From the IMG/VR virus record IMGVR_UViG_3300008954_000002, positions 97,099 to 161,098 of that record: 64,000 nt of DNA. The stretch is one strand, 5' to 3'. Each line of letters begins with the position of its first letter. Position 1 is the first letter of the stretch. Shown in pieces: positions 37,760-48,097 of this stretch. The DNA comes from a virus. Made by a program: the position numbers and the translations under genes. The notes below the pieces were generated by a model. It saw nothing but the letters and a program-made list of their open reading frames with translations, did not search any database and was not told the origin of the DNA.

Positions 37760-38734
37760 CTAGTCTGACTCGATGGTTACATCTACTTCATCTCTCTTGG
37801 GTACTGATGCATTAGTATTGTTTTCTACTGGAAAGAGATCAAGTACGCCAACATTCCTGCTTTCTTCATATGCTTTCATAAAGATACTGCGCTCCTCACT
37901 CCTGGTGATAAGATGTTCAGGAACATTAAAATGATGCTGTGAAAACTCAGCTAAGTCCTCTGCTACAAACTGATACACAATCTCAGTAACCATATCATTT
38001 ACTGATGTAACAATACCCTCAGTCATAAGCTGAACGCCCTTAAGCATAAGAGCTGCCCCACCAGCCTGCAAGCCACTCGGAGAAGTTCTAGGAACCTCTG
38101 ATTGATATATCAGCAATACATTAAAAGGCGACAGCATGGTCGCCAATTTAATATCAGTCCTATCTGTTGGCTGCAGCTTGTCACTTCCGGCAATAGCCCC
38201 TATACCCCTAGAGCCATCTATATAGTCTATAGACCAAGGTATCTTTGCGCCATCATCTTTAAGCATTAAAGTTTCTAAAGGGTGACCTTCTACAACTGTG
38301 AAAATCATAGAGCCAGCTATAGTTCTAACAGAACTAGCAAAGCCTTTTACTCCACGATAGCCTAACGCTCTTGCAGCCCCTCTAGGCTCATGTACAGAGA
38401 AGGATACAGTATGAATAGATTCTAAGGGCCAAGGGCCAGTATCTTGTAGTGCGTTCTGCAGTTCCTTTACTCTACCCTCTGCAGCTTGGGCTTCTATTCT
38501 GTGTCTATTAACTTCGCGCATACCACGTTCAACAAGCTGATGATCCTCTCCAGCAGAAGAGCGTTGTCTAGCCAGGGACAACGCAGCTATTCCGAGTCGG
38601 ATGTTGCTATCTTTTCTATCTGCTTGTTCTGAAAGTTCTGCTGACTTTTCGTTGAAATCCTCTATGCTGTGTGGAAACCATGCACTAGCTCTTACATCTG
38701 CACCAGAATAAGAATAGCGCCATTGGTTAGACAT
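37760..38734 (-). CDS. Tail tube-like protein (paralog) with a coiled-coil insertion, 324 aa
   Basis: YSYSGADVRA...IHTVSFSVHE...RTIAGSMIF...EGIVTSVNDMVTEIVYQFVA, compared with tube SFSGVDIRA...LQAISYAVQRE...RGIAGTLIS...EGSGFSIDDIVIENQMTYV. Confidence 0.65.
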   Translation of the reverse strand: MSNQWRYSYSGADVRASAWFPHSIEDFNEKSAELSEQADRKDSNIRLGIAALSLARQRSSAGEDHQLVERGMREVNRHRIEAQAAEGRVKELQNALQDTGPWPLESIHTVSFSVHEPRGAARALGYRGVKGFASSVRTIAGSMIFTVVEGHPLETLMLKDDGAKIPWSIDYIDGSRGIGAIAGSDKLQPTDRTDIKLATMLSPFNVLLIYQSEVPRTSPSGLQAGGAALMLKGVQLMTEGIVTSVNDMVTEIVYQFVAEDLAEFSQHHFNVPEHLITRSEERSIFMKAYEESRNVGVLDLFPVENNTNASVPKRDEVDVTIESD

Positions 38735-38745
38735 AAAGAGACTCC

Positions 38746-38789
38746 AAAAAGGAAAGGTGGAGGGCGACTAGGAGCCGCCACTCACACCT
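38746..38789 (-). terminator. Intrinsic terminator downstream of the tail tube gene
   Basis: The minus strand reads AGGTGTGAGTGGCGGCT-CCT-AGTCGCCCTCCACCT-TTCCTTTTT, a bulged GC-rich stem followed by a T-rich tail. Confidence 0.65.
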
Positions 38790-38806
38790 GTTTGTTTGCT
38801 TAGGTA

Positions 38807-39448
38807 TTAGGATGCAGCAGAGTAGGCTCCACTACCGGGTAGCTCCCACTCGCCAAGCTTTCTCCATGGGAGGACAGCCCGACACACATAAGTCATCTGG
38901 TTCTCAATAACAATATCATCAATTGAAAATCCAGAACCTTCATTAAGAATCTCAACGCCATAGATGCGCATTGTAGCAGCTTTACCATATTCATTAACTG
39001 CAACAATAGAAATATCAAAAGGAGGAATCTGGTCTACATACCATGGGCTCTGTGCAGAATAGTTGTCATTTATATGATGCTCATTGAAAGCTGGCTCTGC
39101 GTCTGTTAGATCTCCTGCTGTGCTCACATCTTGTAGATTGAAATTAGATACATTAGGATAAATTTCATTATCATCTGCAAGAAATAGCTTGTCAGCCCAA
39201 GGGGCGCTATGCAATAGGTGCTCATCAAGCATAAGCGAGATAAGTGTACCTGCGATACCACGCTTCCCTCTAGAGAAGGAAAGTGGATCTACCCTACCCA
39301 TTACGTAGATAGGGGCTTTTTCTCTCTGGACTGCATATGAGATAGCTTGAAGCTGACCAATAGGTTCGCCATCAACAATAGCTCTAATGTCTACTCCAGA
39401 GAAACTCGTATATGTACGAGATAGCTCTAGTGAACTTTGAGTTGCCAT
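38807..39448 (-). CDS. Major tail tube protein (213 aa)
   Basis: Directly follows the sheath gene. Strong SD (TAAGGAG) and a downstream terminator. Motif TYTSFSGVDI...REKAPIYVMG...SFSRGKRGIAG. Confidence 0.8.
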   Translation of the reverse strand: MATQSSLELSRTYTSFSGVDIRAIVDGEPIGQLQAISYAVQREKAPIYVMGRVDPLSFSRGKRGIAGTLISLMLDEHLLHSAPWADKLFLADDNEIYPNVSNFNLQDVSTAGDLTDAEPAFNEHHINDNYSAQSPWYVDQIPPFDISIVAVNEYGKAATMRIYGVEILNEGSGFSIDDIVIENQMTYVCRAVLPWRKLGEWELPGSGAYSAAS

Positions 39449-39466
39449 TTTATATTCTCCTTATTA

Positions 39467-41551
39467 TTAGAGCTCGCTCTCATCTGCAGCCAAGCTAGTC
39501 TCGACTGTAATAGATTCAACTGAGAACGGAGGAATCATTTTTAGTTTAATTGTCAGACGTCCCATAATCTTATCAGCTCTGGTGTAGCTTAGTGAGACTA
39601 CTGCTCCTTGGTTGAAACCAGCTTCTCTCTCTGCCTTTAGGAATCCGTCAATAGCTGTCTGAAGAGAAATCAGTCTAGTGCTAGAGAACTCTTTGCCAAT
39701 GTAGTTCTTGGCAATTTCTCTGATACCAGTGATCTCTCTGTTAACAGAACGGATAGTAGAGAGTCTACTATAGTCACTGTCTGGGTGGGCAGCTGTCTTG
39801 ACCGAAACAAGAATATTGCCTAGCCCTTCTTCTCGACGCACACCAACCATACGAATCTTAGCCAGATCATTAACAGTTGGCAGCATTAGTCTTGTCGGGT
39901 CAGATATTGCCCTTAGAAGACCGTTGACACCAATAGGCTCTTCCTTCTCAGAAATTTGAGTAAGCTTACCTGCAAGTGAGCCAGATAGGTTCCCTTGGTA
40001 GGTGCTGCCACCGTTATAACTATTGGTATGTACTGGGTACTCATAGCAAACCAGTAAGTGTCTTCCAATATCGACTGGCTTATTATTACTGTCTACGGCT
40101 TCATCATTTTCGTTAACACCATAAACAAACTTGCTGGGGAGAGCTCCACCCTTAGTCTTGATAAGCCCACCATAAGCAAATCCGTTAGCAGCGCTGCCTT
40201 CATCTAGCTGTGCATTGCGATAAGCAGCTTCACCAGCTAAGAACTTGTCTCCAAGCAGTCCTACGCCATTGTCTGTAGAGGAACTAATACCTGTTTGTAG
40301 ACCAATAGCAGAGTAGTCAGGAAGTGCTCCTGCCCAGCTTTGTACATCTGACCGACTGTATCCATCAGGTTCTTTTACAGAGACAACGCCTAACATAGTA
40401 GACCATACTGTAGACGCAGTGTTGCAGAACGTGGCTAGCTGATGTCCAAAGTTGACTTCACGGAACTCGTTGGCGCCTGCAGCATTGAAAGCAGTATAGA
40501 CTGCAGCAGGAACATCATCTCCAGTCAAAGTATTATGCCCAATAACATTAGCAGAGGCTAGCGCAGTGTTGTCTGACAAAAAAGTATAAATTTTCCCCTT
40601 ATACAAGTATTGCCATGCATACCCAAGCCAGTCGTCTGCATCACCACTAGCAGGTGCGGCCTTGACAGCACTTGCCCCTGTAATGCCGGCAAGATCGGCA
40701 CCTGTAAGCAGGGTAGTTAAAGAAGCCCAATTCTGACCCACTTGATCTGTAAGTAGGTTTGAGTCATCAAAAAAGACACCAGAAGGAATGACAATATCAC
40801 CATCTCTGTAATCTAACATTTGATATGCATACTCAAGAGCAGCATAGCGCTCGGGCAGAGACATGGAGGCACCGTCTGAGCCAGCTACTCTTGTTCCAGT
40901 ATAGGCAGCAGCACCAGTACCCCAAGTTATATCACTAAAGACAACGTCAGCAGTGCCTATCTGTGCAAGTGTGGGTGCTCCTATGCCAACGCCTGTAGCC
41001 CAAGTATAGCTATCGCCATCTACTTCGTCTACATCTCCCAGAGTCTCACCAAGGAAAGTGCTACTTAGCTCTACCTGAACAATGCCCAAATCAAGAGCAA
41101 GCTTTTCATCTGAGTCATATACAAAGGCCTTGTCAGTGTCGTCCCAGATGATCACTCGTGTGCTACCGCCACTTTGCGTAAGCACTAGCTTATACCTGCT
41201 TAGAATATTATCGTCTCTATACTCAGGCGTTATGGTGAGCGCGCCGCCAACATCGTTTCCGGTACTATCTTGTGCTTGTATAACAATGCTTCCCTGTGTT
41301 CCGCCAATGCGCATAAGAGCAACATTATCTGCTCCTTGTGCAATAGCTTCCCACATGGGTTTCATCATTTCAGATGTAGCACCAAATTCCTTTTCGGCTG
41401 CATTGGTGCCTGATACTTGGTACACTTCATAAGTAAGTCCTTGTGAAGCAGCACCAAGAATTAAAATACGGGGTTGTGTTGAAGCTGCATTCGTTGCGAA
41501 TGCGCCATCTACATAAGTAGCGCCAACCCCCGGAATACTATCATAAGGCAT
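39467..41551 (-). CDS. Tail sheath protein (694 aa)
   Basis: N-terminal IPGVGATYVD...ILILGAA and C-terminal RLSTIRSV...YIGK...LQTAIDGFL...LTIKLKMIPPFSVESITV, typical of contractile sheaths. Strong AGGAGG SD. Confidence 0.85.
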   Translation of the reverse strand: MPYDSIPGVGATYVDGAFATNAASTQPRILILGAASQGLTYEVYQVSGTNAAEKEFGATSEMMKPMWEAIAQGADNVALMRIGGTQGSIVIQAQDSTGNDVGGALTITPEYRDDNILSRYKLVLTQSGGSTRVIIWDDTDKAFVYDSDEKLALDLGIVQVELSSTFLGETLGDVDEVDGDSYTWATGVGIGAPTLAQIGTADVVFSDITWGTGAAAYTGTRVAGSDGASMSLPERYAALEYAYQMLDYRDGDIVIPSGVFFDDSNLLTDQVGQNWASLTTLLTGADLAGITGASAVKAAPASGDADDWLGYAWQYLYKGKIYTFLSDNTALASANVIGHNTLTGDDVPAAVYTAFNAAGANEFREVNFGHQLATFCNTASTVWSTMLGVVSVKEPDGYSRSDVQSWAGALPDYSAIGLQTGISSSTDNGVGLLGDKFLAGEAAYRNAQLDEGSAANGFAYGGLIKTKGGALPSKFVYGVNENDEAVDSNNKPVDIGRHLLVCYEYPVHTNSYNGGSTYQGNLSGSLAGKLTQISEKEEPIGVNGLLRAISDPTRLMLPTVNDLAKIRMVGVRREEGLGNILVSVKTAAHPDSDYSRLSTIRSVNREITGIREIAKNYIGKEFSSTRLISLQTAIDGFLKAEREAGFNQGAVVSLSYTRADKIMGRLTIKLKMIPPFSVESITVETSLAADESEL

Positions 41552-41575
41552 GTTAACCTCCTAAAATTCTTGTTT

Positions 41576-42358
41576 TCATGCGCCCGTCACATCACTAAAA
41601 TCTGTTTGTGAGAGTCCTAATTCAAACTCAATGGTCTTGAGCATTGGATGTAGTTTTACTTCAAACTCTCTAAAACGAACAAAGAAATTGACGGGTCTGT
41701 AAAAAAGACGCTGTCCTCCACTTGTCATATAAGTATCAGGACCACGATCACGCCAAAAGAATCTTTCGACGCCTTGGACTTCAAAGGCCCAAGAGTGATT
41801 TATAAATAATTTTTCTAACCATAAAGCTCTGCTATTAGCAAGCTTATTGCTCTTGCCCCAGCAAGTGAACTCAATAGAATGATCTACAGGTCTTGACTCA
41901 ACCACAACCACTTTGCTTGGGTTGAGTGCAGACACAAGATCATAATAATAGGTAGACTTTCGCTGGGGTCTACCAGTCCCCTTTGTATTCATCTTGCCAG
42001 GCTCTCTTTTAAGAACTCTGTACGCAATTGTTTCGTTTCCATAGTTGTCGAAAGGCTCTGGTGGGTACTCCTCTATTAATCTGACCCGCTTTGAAGCGTC
42101 CACTCCGCTTCTAACTTGAGCATCTGTAATTAAGTTACTGGCTATATTAAAGAATCTCGGCAGACTCATTGCCGTAACATTAGGCAAGAAGTGTGTTGCA
42201 TCAAACTCATAAGGGTTTGTCATCTCGACAGGAAGCTCGTACTTGTGCACAACCTTTCCTTGATCCACAATTGCAATTGTAAACACAGCCTCTTTATTAG
42301 AGGCTAACAAGTCTTTTGAAAGAGACTCTGACAAATGTGAAACTTCTGTATCAGACAT
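41576..42358 (-). CDS. Putative tail terminator/completion protein (260 aa)
   Basis: Immediately upstream of the sheath gene. IEFTCWGKSNKLANSRALWLEKL resembles tail-terminator folds. Confidence 0.5.
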   Translation of the reverse strand: MSDTEVSHLSESLSKDLLASNKEAVFTIAIVDQGKVVHKYELPVEMTNPYEFDATHFLPNVTAMSLPRFFNIASNLITDAQVRSGVDASKRVRLIEEYPPEPFDNYGNETIAYRVLKREPGKMNTKGTGRPQRKSTYYYDLVSALNPSKVVVVESRPVDHSIEFTCWGKSNKLANSRALWLEKLFINHSWAFEVQGVERFFWRDRGPDTYMTSGGQRLFYRPVNFFVRFREFEVKLHPMLKTIEFELGLSQTDFSDVTGA

Positions 42359-42361
42359 GGC

Positions 42362-42931
42362 TTATGGTCTTATTGCATCCTGCTCTCGACAATAAATGGC
42401 GAGATACTCTATTCTTCCTCGATCAGATCTGTAATCAACTATAGTTTGTGGCTTATATATTGCTTCTCTTGTGTATGGTACTACTGGATCTCCCTCACTA
42501 TCAAGCCGAGGTTCTATGATTTTGTCCTGGTAAGATAGGTTGGTATCATAACGCATATAGAAAACTTTATAATCAACTCTAATCGTACCAGGCGCCAAAC
42601 CTCTAACTCGGTTCGCCTGTCCACCATCGGCACCAACATAAGTAGAATAAGCTACGCCCCAAGCCTCTGACCAGTAGAATCCTTCCCCTAAACAGAAGGG
42701 ACACTCAGATTCCATATCTGGTTCTCCCGTTGTTGCATCTACGCAAGTGCAAGGCATTAAGCTATTGTTGGAATCACGATTCATTCTTCTTATTAAAATC
42801 TTATTACCATGCGGTATAGATGTGGCCCCTCCTAAGATCAAGTCGTCAAATTCTGTTCTTAGATCTATCTCATTGGATTGGCTAGAGCTATTGCTTCTAG
42901 CTGTAGGATATAGCTTTCTTTTGAATGCCAT
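42362..42931 (-). CDS. Putative head closure/neck protein (189 aa) with a CxC...CxxC motif
   Basis: PCTCVD...ECPFCLGEGF. Lies in the neck region. Confidence 0.5.
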   Translation of the reverse strand: MAFKRKLYPTARSNSSSQSNEIDLRTEFDDLILGGATSIPHGNKILIRRMNRDSNNSLMPCTCVDATTGEPDMESECPFCLGEGFYWSEAWGVAYSTYVGADGGQANRVRGLAPGTIRVDYKVFYMRYDTNLSYQDKIIEPRLDSEGDPVVPYTREAIYKPQTIVDYRSDRGRIEYLAIYCREQDAIRP

Positions 42932-42933
42932 AC

Positions 42934-43995
42934 CTAATCCAAGTCTTCAAAACGGAACTTATATCGGGACTCACCACTCTCAATAGTTTTCTTATTTACT
43001 GTAGGCTGATCAAACGTGGTCTCTCTTGGAGATCTCCACAGTCTGCCTACCTTTCTTCCCCCTGAGGTCTTCGCTCCTTTCACAGCGTAGGTAGGGGCTA
43101 AGCCCTGTCCTCTAACGATAGCCCCGCCAGCATTAACAACACGCTCCCATTCAGACCTATTAGCTTTCAAATCGTCAATAATGTATTTGAAGTTATCATT
43201 GTTCTTGATAAGAAGATCGCCAAGCGACTTAGTCTTCCCACCTAGGTCTGCTGGCAGTAACAATACTCTGAGTGCTGCATCATAGATGGCAAACTTAGTT
43301 TTAGCTAGACTGAGATTCTTGCCATCTTGATTCTTAGTGTTCCCTACAAGCTCATCTGCTTCCAGTGATGACCAATGTATAAACAAGCTAAGCGTTTCAT
43401 CAGGCACACCGTCTATCCATCCACCACATTCCAGCCTAATAAGATCGGGAGATGCATAGTAAGGACTGTACTCAGTAGAGAAAGACAGTTGTGTTTCTTC
43501 GCCAAGTGTATTGCCACTAGTGTCTGCAATATCTTCGTCTAGCAAAATGACTACAAGTGTATTTCCGTCTATGCTTTGGGTTTTGATCTTCCCAAGTTCT
43601 GCAACAGAAAAAGAGAGCTGTGCAACAATAGGCATACCCCCTGTCTGCGCAACCCAAATATCTGCCCAGCCACCTATATCGTCGTCATCAATAGTGGTGC
43701 TCCATGAAGGCACAGTGTATATGTACTCATAGAAGCCAGTGGCTATGCGCGTAACGCTAGCTGAAGCAACAGTTACCGTAGCTTCAGAGAATAATCCTGT
43801 TGTAGATGGATCTGCACCATAGGATGTAATGTCAGCAGCAAGCTGTGTTGCGTTAGCTGCTAAGTTGGAGCCACTATATATGTGTATAGCAAGAGTATTG
43901 GCATCTGGGTCTACCGGCTCCCCACAAGAGTCACTAAAGATGGCACGGAGCACTATGTCTTGGCCAGCCGGAACACAATCTCTTTGGTAAGCCAC
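42934..43995 (-). CDS. Putative head-tail adaptor/neck protein (353 aa)
   Basis: Position between the capsid and tail genes. Ig-like N-terminus and an adaptor-like YYASPDLIR...KTKSLGDL region. Confidence 0.45.
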   Translation of the reverse strand: MAYQRDCVPAGQDIVLRAIFSDSCGEPVDPDANTLAIHIYSGSNLAANATQLAADITSYGADPSTTGLFSEATVTVASASVTRIATGFYEYIYTVPSWSTTIDDDDIGGWADIWVAQTGGMPIVAQLSFSVAELGKIKTQSIDGNTLVVILLDEDIADTSGNTLGEETQLSFSTEYSPYYASPDLIRLECGGWIDGVPDETLSLFIHWSSLEADELVGNTKNQDGKNLSLAKTKFAIYDAALRVLLLPADLGGKTKSLGDLLIKNNDNFKYIIDDLKANRSEWERVVNAGGAIVRGQGLAPTYAVKGAKTSGGRKVGRLWRSPRETTFDQPTVNKKTIESGESRYKFRFEDLD

Positions 43996-44003
43996 AGACC
44001 CTC

Positions 44004-45119
44004 CTACAACTCAATAGTTAGTGTATCACCCGATACAGATAACTTCTTATGTAGCTCTACAGGTTCACTAGAATTAGTTCCCATAGATGTATTGAAATGT
44101 CCAGACACTGGATAAGCGAGTACAGTTACTGCACCGTCTGTTACGGTAGTACTATTCAAAGCGCCAGAAAACTTAACCTTAATTTCTCTAGAATTCTTAG
44201 AGCTCTGATGCACAGCACCATCCTCTGGAGACATCGACACGACCGTTAGTGCAGTTGCAGCAGATGTCAGTGCAGACTCTGTACCAATAATTGAAGTGCT
44301 TGCCGTGGATGGAACCTCTACAATAGAACCACTGCCAGTGCTAAAGTTAAAGGTATAAGAGCTAGCTAAGTAATCTGTTCCGTATACATTAGCAGTATAC
44401 TGATCGTCTAAGACGAAAGCAGAACCAGTAAACCTGATTTGCACCCCATCTTCTAATCGTCTATATCTGCGAGAAGTAAGCTTGCCAGTTGTTGCAGAAG
44501 GCTCTCCAGCAGAGCTGTACCACCACTTATATTTTGCAGTACCAATATCTCCCGCTGTTGTAATCTTTACTAGAATCTGATCATCAGCACTTCCTGTATA
44601 ACCACCTGTAATAGCAATGCCAGCAGTTGTACTAGTTGCAGAAGAAGCATCTATATCGAAAACAGTTCTAGAAGAAATACCCCTAGAGGTTCCCGATTCT
44701 GCATTGCCGACTACATAGACCTTATAGTCTGCATCGGGTGCAAGTGGCTGACTTGGTGTAACAACCAACTTGTGCCTGTAGGCATTTGAGCCGTCACCGG
44801 CCTGCTCGGCAGCAAGCGTCAAGAGAGCGGGGCTTACTTCAGCACCATTGCCGTCTACATACGTTAGCGAATATGTACACGCTACAAGCCCAGTTAGCGA
44901 AGGACTTGTCAGGTAGTAGGGATTGTTCCCTAGCTTATCGATCCAGAGGGCACTATCAGGGCCAGAGGTTCTGTCAAAGTCAGGACCATAGATAACAACA
45001 TTTGCCTTGGCACTAAATAAATCAACGCCAGTAGTAAATGTTATATTGACATCTGCCCCAACTGGGATTCCTGTAGAATCATCATTAGGGTATATCGAGC
45101 TTATCTCTGGGGCTGCCAC
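44004..45119 (-). CDS. Virion protein with SbsA/Big_5-type Ig-like domains (371 aa)
   Basis: PEISSIYPNDDSTGIPVGADVNITF...LVVTPSQPLAPDADYKVYV...YTFNFSTG, and a second repeat LTVVSMSPEDGA...IKVKFS. Confidence 0.65.
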   Translation of the reverse strand: MAAPEISSIYPNDDSTGIPVGADVNITFTTGVDLFSAKANVVIYGPDFDRTSGPDSALWIDKLGNNPYYLTSPSLTGLVACTYSLTYVDGNGAEVSPALLTLAAEQAGDGSNAYRHKLVVTPSQPLAPDADYKVYVVGNAESGTSRGISSRTVFDIDASSATSTTAGIAITGGYTGSADDQILVKITTAGDIGTAKYKWWYSSAGEPSATTGKLTSRRYRRLEDGVQIRFTGSAFVLDDQYTANVYGTDYLASSYTFNFSTGSGSIVEVPSTASTSIIGTESALTSAATALTVVSMSPEDGAVHQSSKNSREIKVKFSGALNSTTVTDGAVTVLAYPVSGHFNTSMGTNSSEPVELHKKLSVSGDTLTIEL

Positions 45120-45279
45120 TTTCAGTATCCTCGTCGGTAAGGGTCTCTAATACTATCTTAGGCCTAATAGTTATGAACTCGCCTTCATCTACAACAGCCG
45201 CTGAATAAGGGTTCTTTGGATCTGGAGTATGCAGAAAGGCATCTGTTTCCTCAAGGGTCTCTTTTGAAAACCAGCCCAT
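45085..45279 (-). CDS. Small acidic hypothetical protein (64 aa)
   Basis: GGAG SD 6 nt before the ATG. Fills the gap after the capsid terminator and is on the operon strand. Confidence 0.5.
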   Translation of the reverse strand: MGWFSKETLEETDAFLHTPDPKNPYSAAVVDEGEFITIRPKIVLETLTDEDTESGSPRDKLDIP

Positions 45280-45294
45280 AGTATCTCCGCAAGC

Positions 45295-45329
45295 AAAGAG
45301 GGGCGAGACTCTGTGAGAGCCCCGCCCCC
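45295..45329 (-). terminator. Terminator-like hairpin downstream of the major capsid gene
   Basis: The minus strand reads GGGGCGGGGCTC-TCACA-GAGTCTCGCCCC followed by TCTTT. The T-tract is weak, so it is probably partial. Confidence 0.55.
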
Positions 45330-45360
45330 AATAACTAAACGTTTCCTCTATCCCAGTTCA

Positions 45361-46656
45361 CTAAACTACAGCAGTGCTGCGGTTAATAGCGGCTGCGTTA
45401 CCAGTAACACTTACTGCACCATCAAAGTGGTTCTGTGCCATGACAACGTTCTTGAAGACGCCAACGCCTTGGCCTTCGTGTGCGACAGCAAAGCCATAGC
45501 GTTCACGAATCTTGACCTTCACCACTTCGACACTTTCATCACGCCACTCAACAGTAGTTGGATCCTCATCTACAAGATGGAAACCAACGTTACCGCCAGA
45601 GAGAAGCATAATGTCGCCAGTTTGGTTACTGGGATCATATGTCATAAGAGGTGACACTAGAACCCGGAATCCAAACGGGAAGTAGCTAGGAATGCTGGGA
45701 GCTGAGTTAGCTCTGTTAGACCTACCTGCAAGACCAGTGGGGCTTGCACCAGAAGTAGTACCACCCGGTACTACAGAGTGGCCAGCACTTGGGCCTCTGC
45801 CACCTTGTGCACCATTGTCCCAAGGATTCTGAGGACCGGGGTTGCCACTCCAAGGATTGAAGTAAGCTCCACCACCATGCGCAAGCAGCATCGCTCGTAG
45901 TACAGGATCCTGTAGGAACTTGTAGTAGAAGAGCGGGTGCATTAGAAGCGTATCAGGCGGGAAGCCTTCCTCAGACATGTGAGCCATGCCCTGCATTAGG
46001 TCTTCCATAGATAGGGAGCCATTGGCAGCCATAGCAATATCCCGGCCAGTGCAAACACCATATAGAGAATCAGAAGGAGTTGCGTTGTCCATTAGGACAG
46101 TTCCGAGTGAACGGAGGAATGCAACAGCTTTCTGCTCCTTGTGGCGTACAAGAGCCTGCCCCATTAGGCGCAGGTTAATAGCCATGATGTCCCATGTGGA
46201 GTAGCGGAGCGCTTCATCAGTGAAAGCAGCTGCGATACCAGACTTGCCAATCCATGCTGTGCTTACAGCACCGCCGATCTGGAAGTTGACCTCAGGATAA
46301 GTTCCGTGCTCCTGGATGTCCTGTGCATAGACAGCACCCATTGCTCCAGCTAGAACCTGAGTGTTAAGCCCTTTAGACTGAACACGGTTGAAGAGGGAGG
46401 TAACCACCATCAGAGGCTCAACAGGTTCTCTAATGAGAATCTCTGTAGCCTTCTGAAGGAGGGGAGTGATTTCGGAACTACGAACTAGGTCTCTGTTCTT
46501 TGGTGAGATTGTCTCTGCGAAAGACGACCATTCTACTTTATCGTCGCTATCAGGGAGCTGTCCTCTATTGAGGAATAGGTCAGCTACATAATGAGCTGCC
46601 GCATCTTCATTGGAAGGCAGTGTGATATCACGACCATCTGCTAGTTTCAAGTTCAT
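45361..46656 (-). CDS. Major capsid protein (HK97 fold), 431 aa; start revised from 46710 to 46656
   Basis: TAAGGAG SD precedes the ATG at 46656 (MNLKLADG). Motifs EHGTYPE, KSGIAAAFTDEALRYSTWDI, PDTLLMHP and KIRERYG, and position after the protease and decoration genes. Confidence 0.85.
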   Translation of the reverse strand: MNLKLADGRDITLPSNEDAAAHYVADLFLNRGQLPDSDDKVEWSSFAETISPKNRDLVRSSEITPLLQKATEILIREPVEPLMVVTSLFNRVQSKGLNTQVLAGAMGAVYAQDIQEHGTYPEVNFQIGGAVSTAWIGKSGIAAAFTDEALRYSTWDIMAINLRLMGQALVRHKEQKAVAFLRSLGTVLMDNATPSDSLYGVCTGRDIAMAANGSLSMEDLMQGMAHMSEEGFPPDTLLMHPLFYYKFLQDPVLRAMLLAHGGGAYFNPWSGNPGPQNPWDNGAQGGRGPSAGHSVVPGGTTSGASPTGLAGRSNRANSAPSIPSYFPFGFRVLVSPLMTYDPSNQTGDIMLLSGGNVGFHLVDEDPTTVEWRDESVEVVKVKIRERYGFAVAHEGQGVGVFKNVVMAQNHFDGAVSVTGNAAAINRSTAVV

Positions 46657-46666
46657 GATAATCTCC

Positions 46667-48097
46667 TTATTGAACCTTGATATTGACAATAGCGATCTGA
46701 TCGGACACATCCTCTGGACTCAGAGTAAGAAGGTCGCTAAGGCCTTGTGTAGCTGTACCAGGCATCTGTGCCGATGCTGAGAAGCTAGAGCCGCTGAATG
46801 CGGTTTCTACGCGGTCAAGTAGTCCCTTGGGCTCACGAACCAGTGCTAAGACACGGCCAAGTATACCAGCCATATTTGTAGCAGCAGTTACGGAAGCAGG
46901 AGCAAGGTTACTGTTTGAATCGTAAGATACGAAATCTCCGGGACGGAGAGCACCATCAATATGAATCATACGATCCATAACGTCGGCAGCAGTAAATCCT
47001 ACAGGATTGGTAACAGTGTAGTAATAATAGGTGAGGCTAGTAGCAGCACCGGTAGGATCGGTTGCTCCATCTGCAGAATACACAAGTAGCAAGCCACCAT
47101 CCACATCGATAAAATAATCTCCTGCAGCATTTAGAGCCGAGGGGCTATTCTTCTGATTCAGAAGGTACTCTGCGGCTCTTGCCGAACTAGACTCTGCCCA
47201 AAGAGACAGAGCATTATTCCCTGCAAGCGGTGTATTCGCAAGTGCCCACCCAACAACAGTATCGCCAGCAGAAATGACACCGTCATATCGGCTCAAACCT
47301 GCAAGCAGTGTAGACGTTAGAAAAAGGGAAGCTGCTCCAGCCATACCGGGCGACGGGAAAGTAGTCCCTGTGGTAGTGCCTGCTACCCAACCAGTTGCCC
47401 CATGAATATCGATATTAGTAGCTGCAGCATGAGTAAGGTTAGGTACTCTCATTTGTACGTCAGTAAAGAACTGTACAAGGTGCTGCTTCTGGTAGTTGTG
47501 AAAGTTGAGTCCAGCAGACGCACCAGCAAGAACATTGTCTTCGAACTGATCGCCAGCCCAGAGGAATACATCATATGCACAAACCCCAACTGGATGTGAA
47601 ATAAATGACTGGATAACTAGTGCCACATCAGCATCAGTGGCTGCTACGAAAGAACTTCCGTTGCCCCAATTGCCTGCAGCAAAGTCATCTTCTCGGACAA
47701 GGCCACGAGCAAGGAGGCCAGAGGCAACTGCTGATGCAGTACGAGTGCCGGCAGCAGTGACTGCATCACCTGTGACAATGTCAATAACACCGGCAGATAC
47801 ATCGGCGGCAGCATATGTGACCCAGATATCAGCGGCAGCTACACGATCAGCATGACGATAACCAGAAGGACATACTCGCCCCTCTGAATCTAGAGAAACT
47901 ACCTTGCCGCTTGAGATGACAAAACTGTCATCGCTAGCTTCGCCCGTCCATACGATAGGCAGCCATGCGGCAGGCTTCCACTCACCAGCAGGTGAGCTAA
48001 CCCCACCGCTAGGTGCCTGGACGACATTATTTGGTGTGATGTTGTCGAAAACATCGTCACGAGTCTTAAAACTCGCTGTATATCTTTTTACAGACAT
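46667..48097 (-). CDS. Capsid decoration/cement protein (476 aa)
   Basis: Between the protease and MCP genes. Strong TAGGAG SD, Ala/Gly/Thr-rich, with VISSGKVVSLD...PVGV...LRPGDFV motifs. Confidence 0.55.
   Translation of the reverse strand: MSVKRYTASFKTRDDVFDNITPNNVVQAPSGGVSSPAGEWKPAAWLPIVWTGEASDDSFVISSGKVVSLDSEGRVCPSGYRHADRVAAADIWVTYAAADVSAGVIDIVTGDAVTAAGTRTASAVASGLLARGLVREDDFAAGNWGNGSSFVAATDADVALVIQSFISHPVGVCAYDVFLWAGDQFEDNVLAGASAGLNFHNYQKQHLVQFFTDVQMRVPNLTHAAATNIDIHGATGWVAGTTTGTTFPSPGMAGAASLFLTSTLLAGLSRYDGVISAGDTVVGWALANTPLAGNNALSLWAESSSARAAEYLLNQKNSPSALNAAGDYFIDVDGGLLLVYSADGATDPTGAATSLTYYYYTVTNPVGFTAADVMDRMIHIDGALRPGDFVSYDSNSNLAPASVTAATNMAGILGRVLALVREPKGLLDRVETAFSGSSFSASAQMPGTATQGLSDLLTLSPEDVSDQIAIVNIKVQ

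Noticed and set aside
46657-46710. N-terminal extension of the major capsid ORF (MCPIRSLL...)
   Set aside because: It overlaps the decoration gene, and a strong TAAGGAG SD points to the ATG at 46656.
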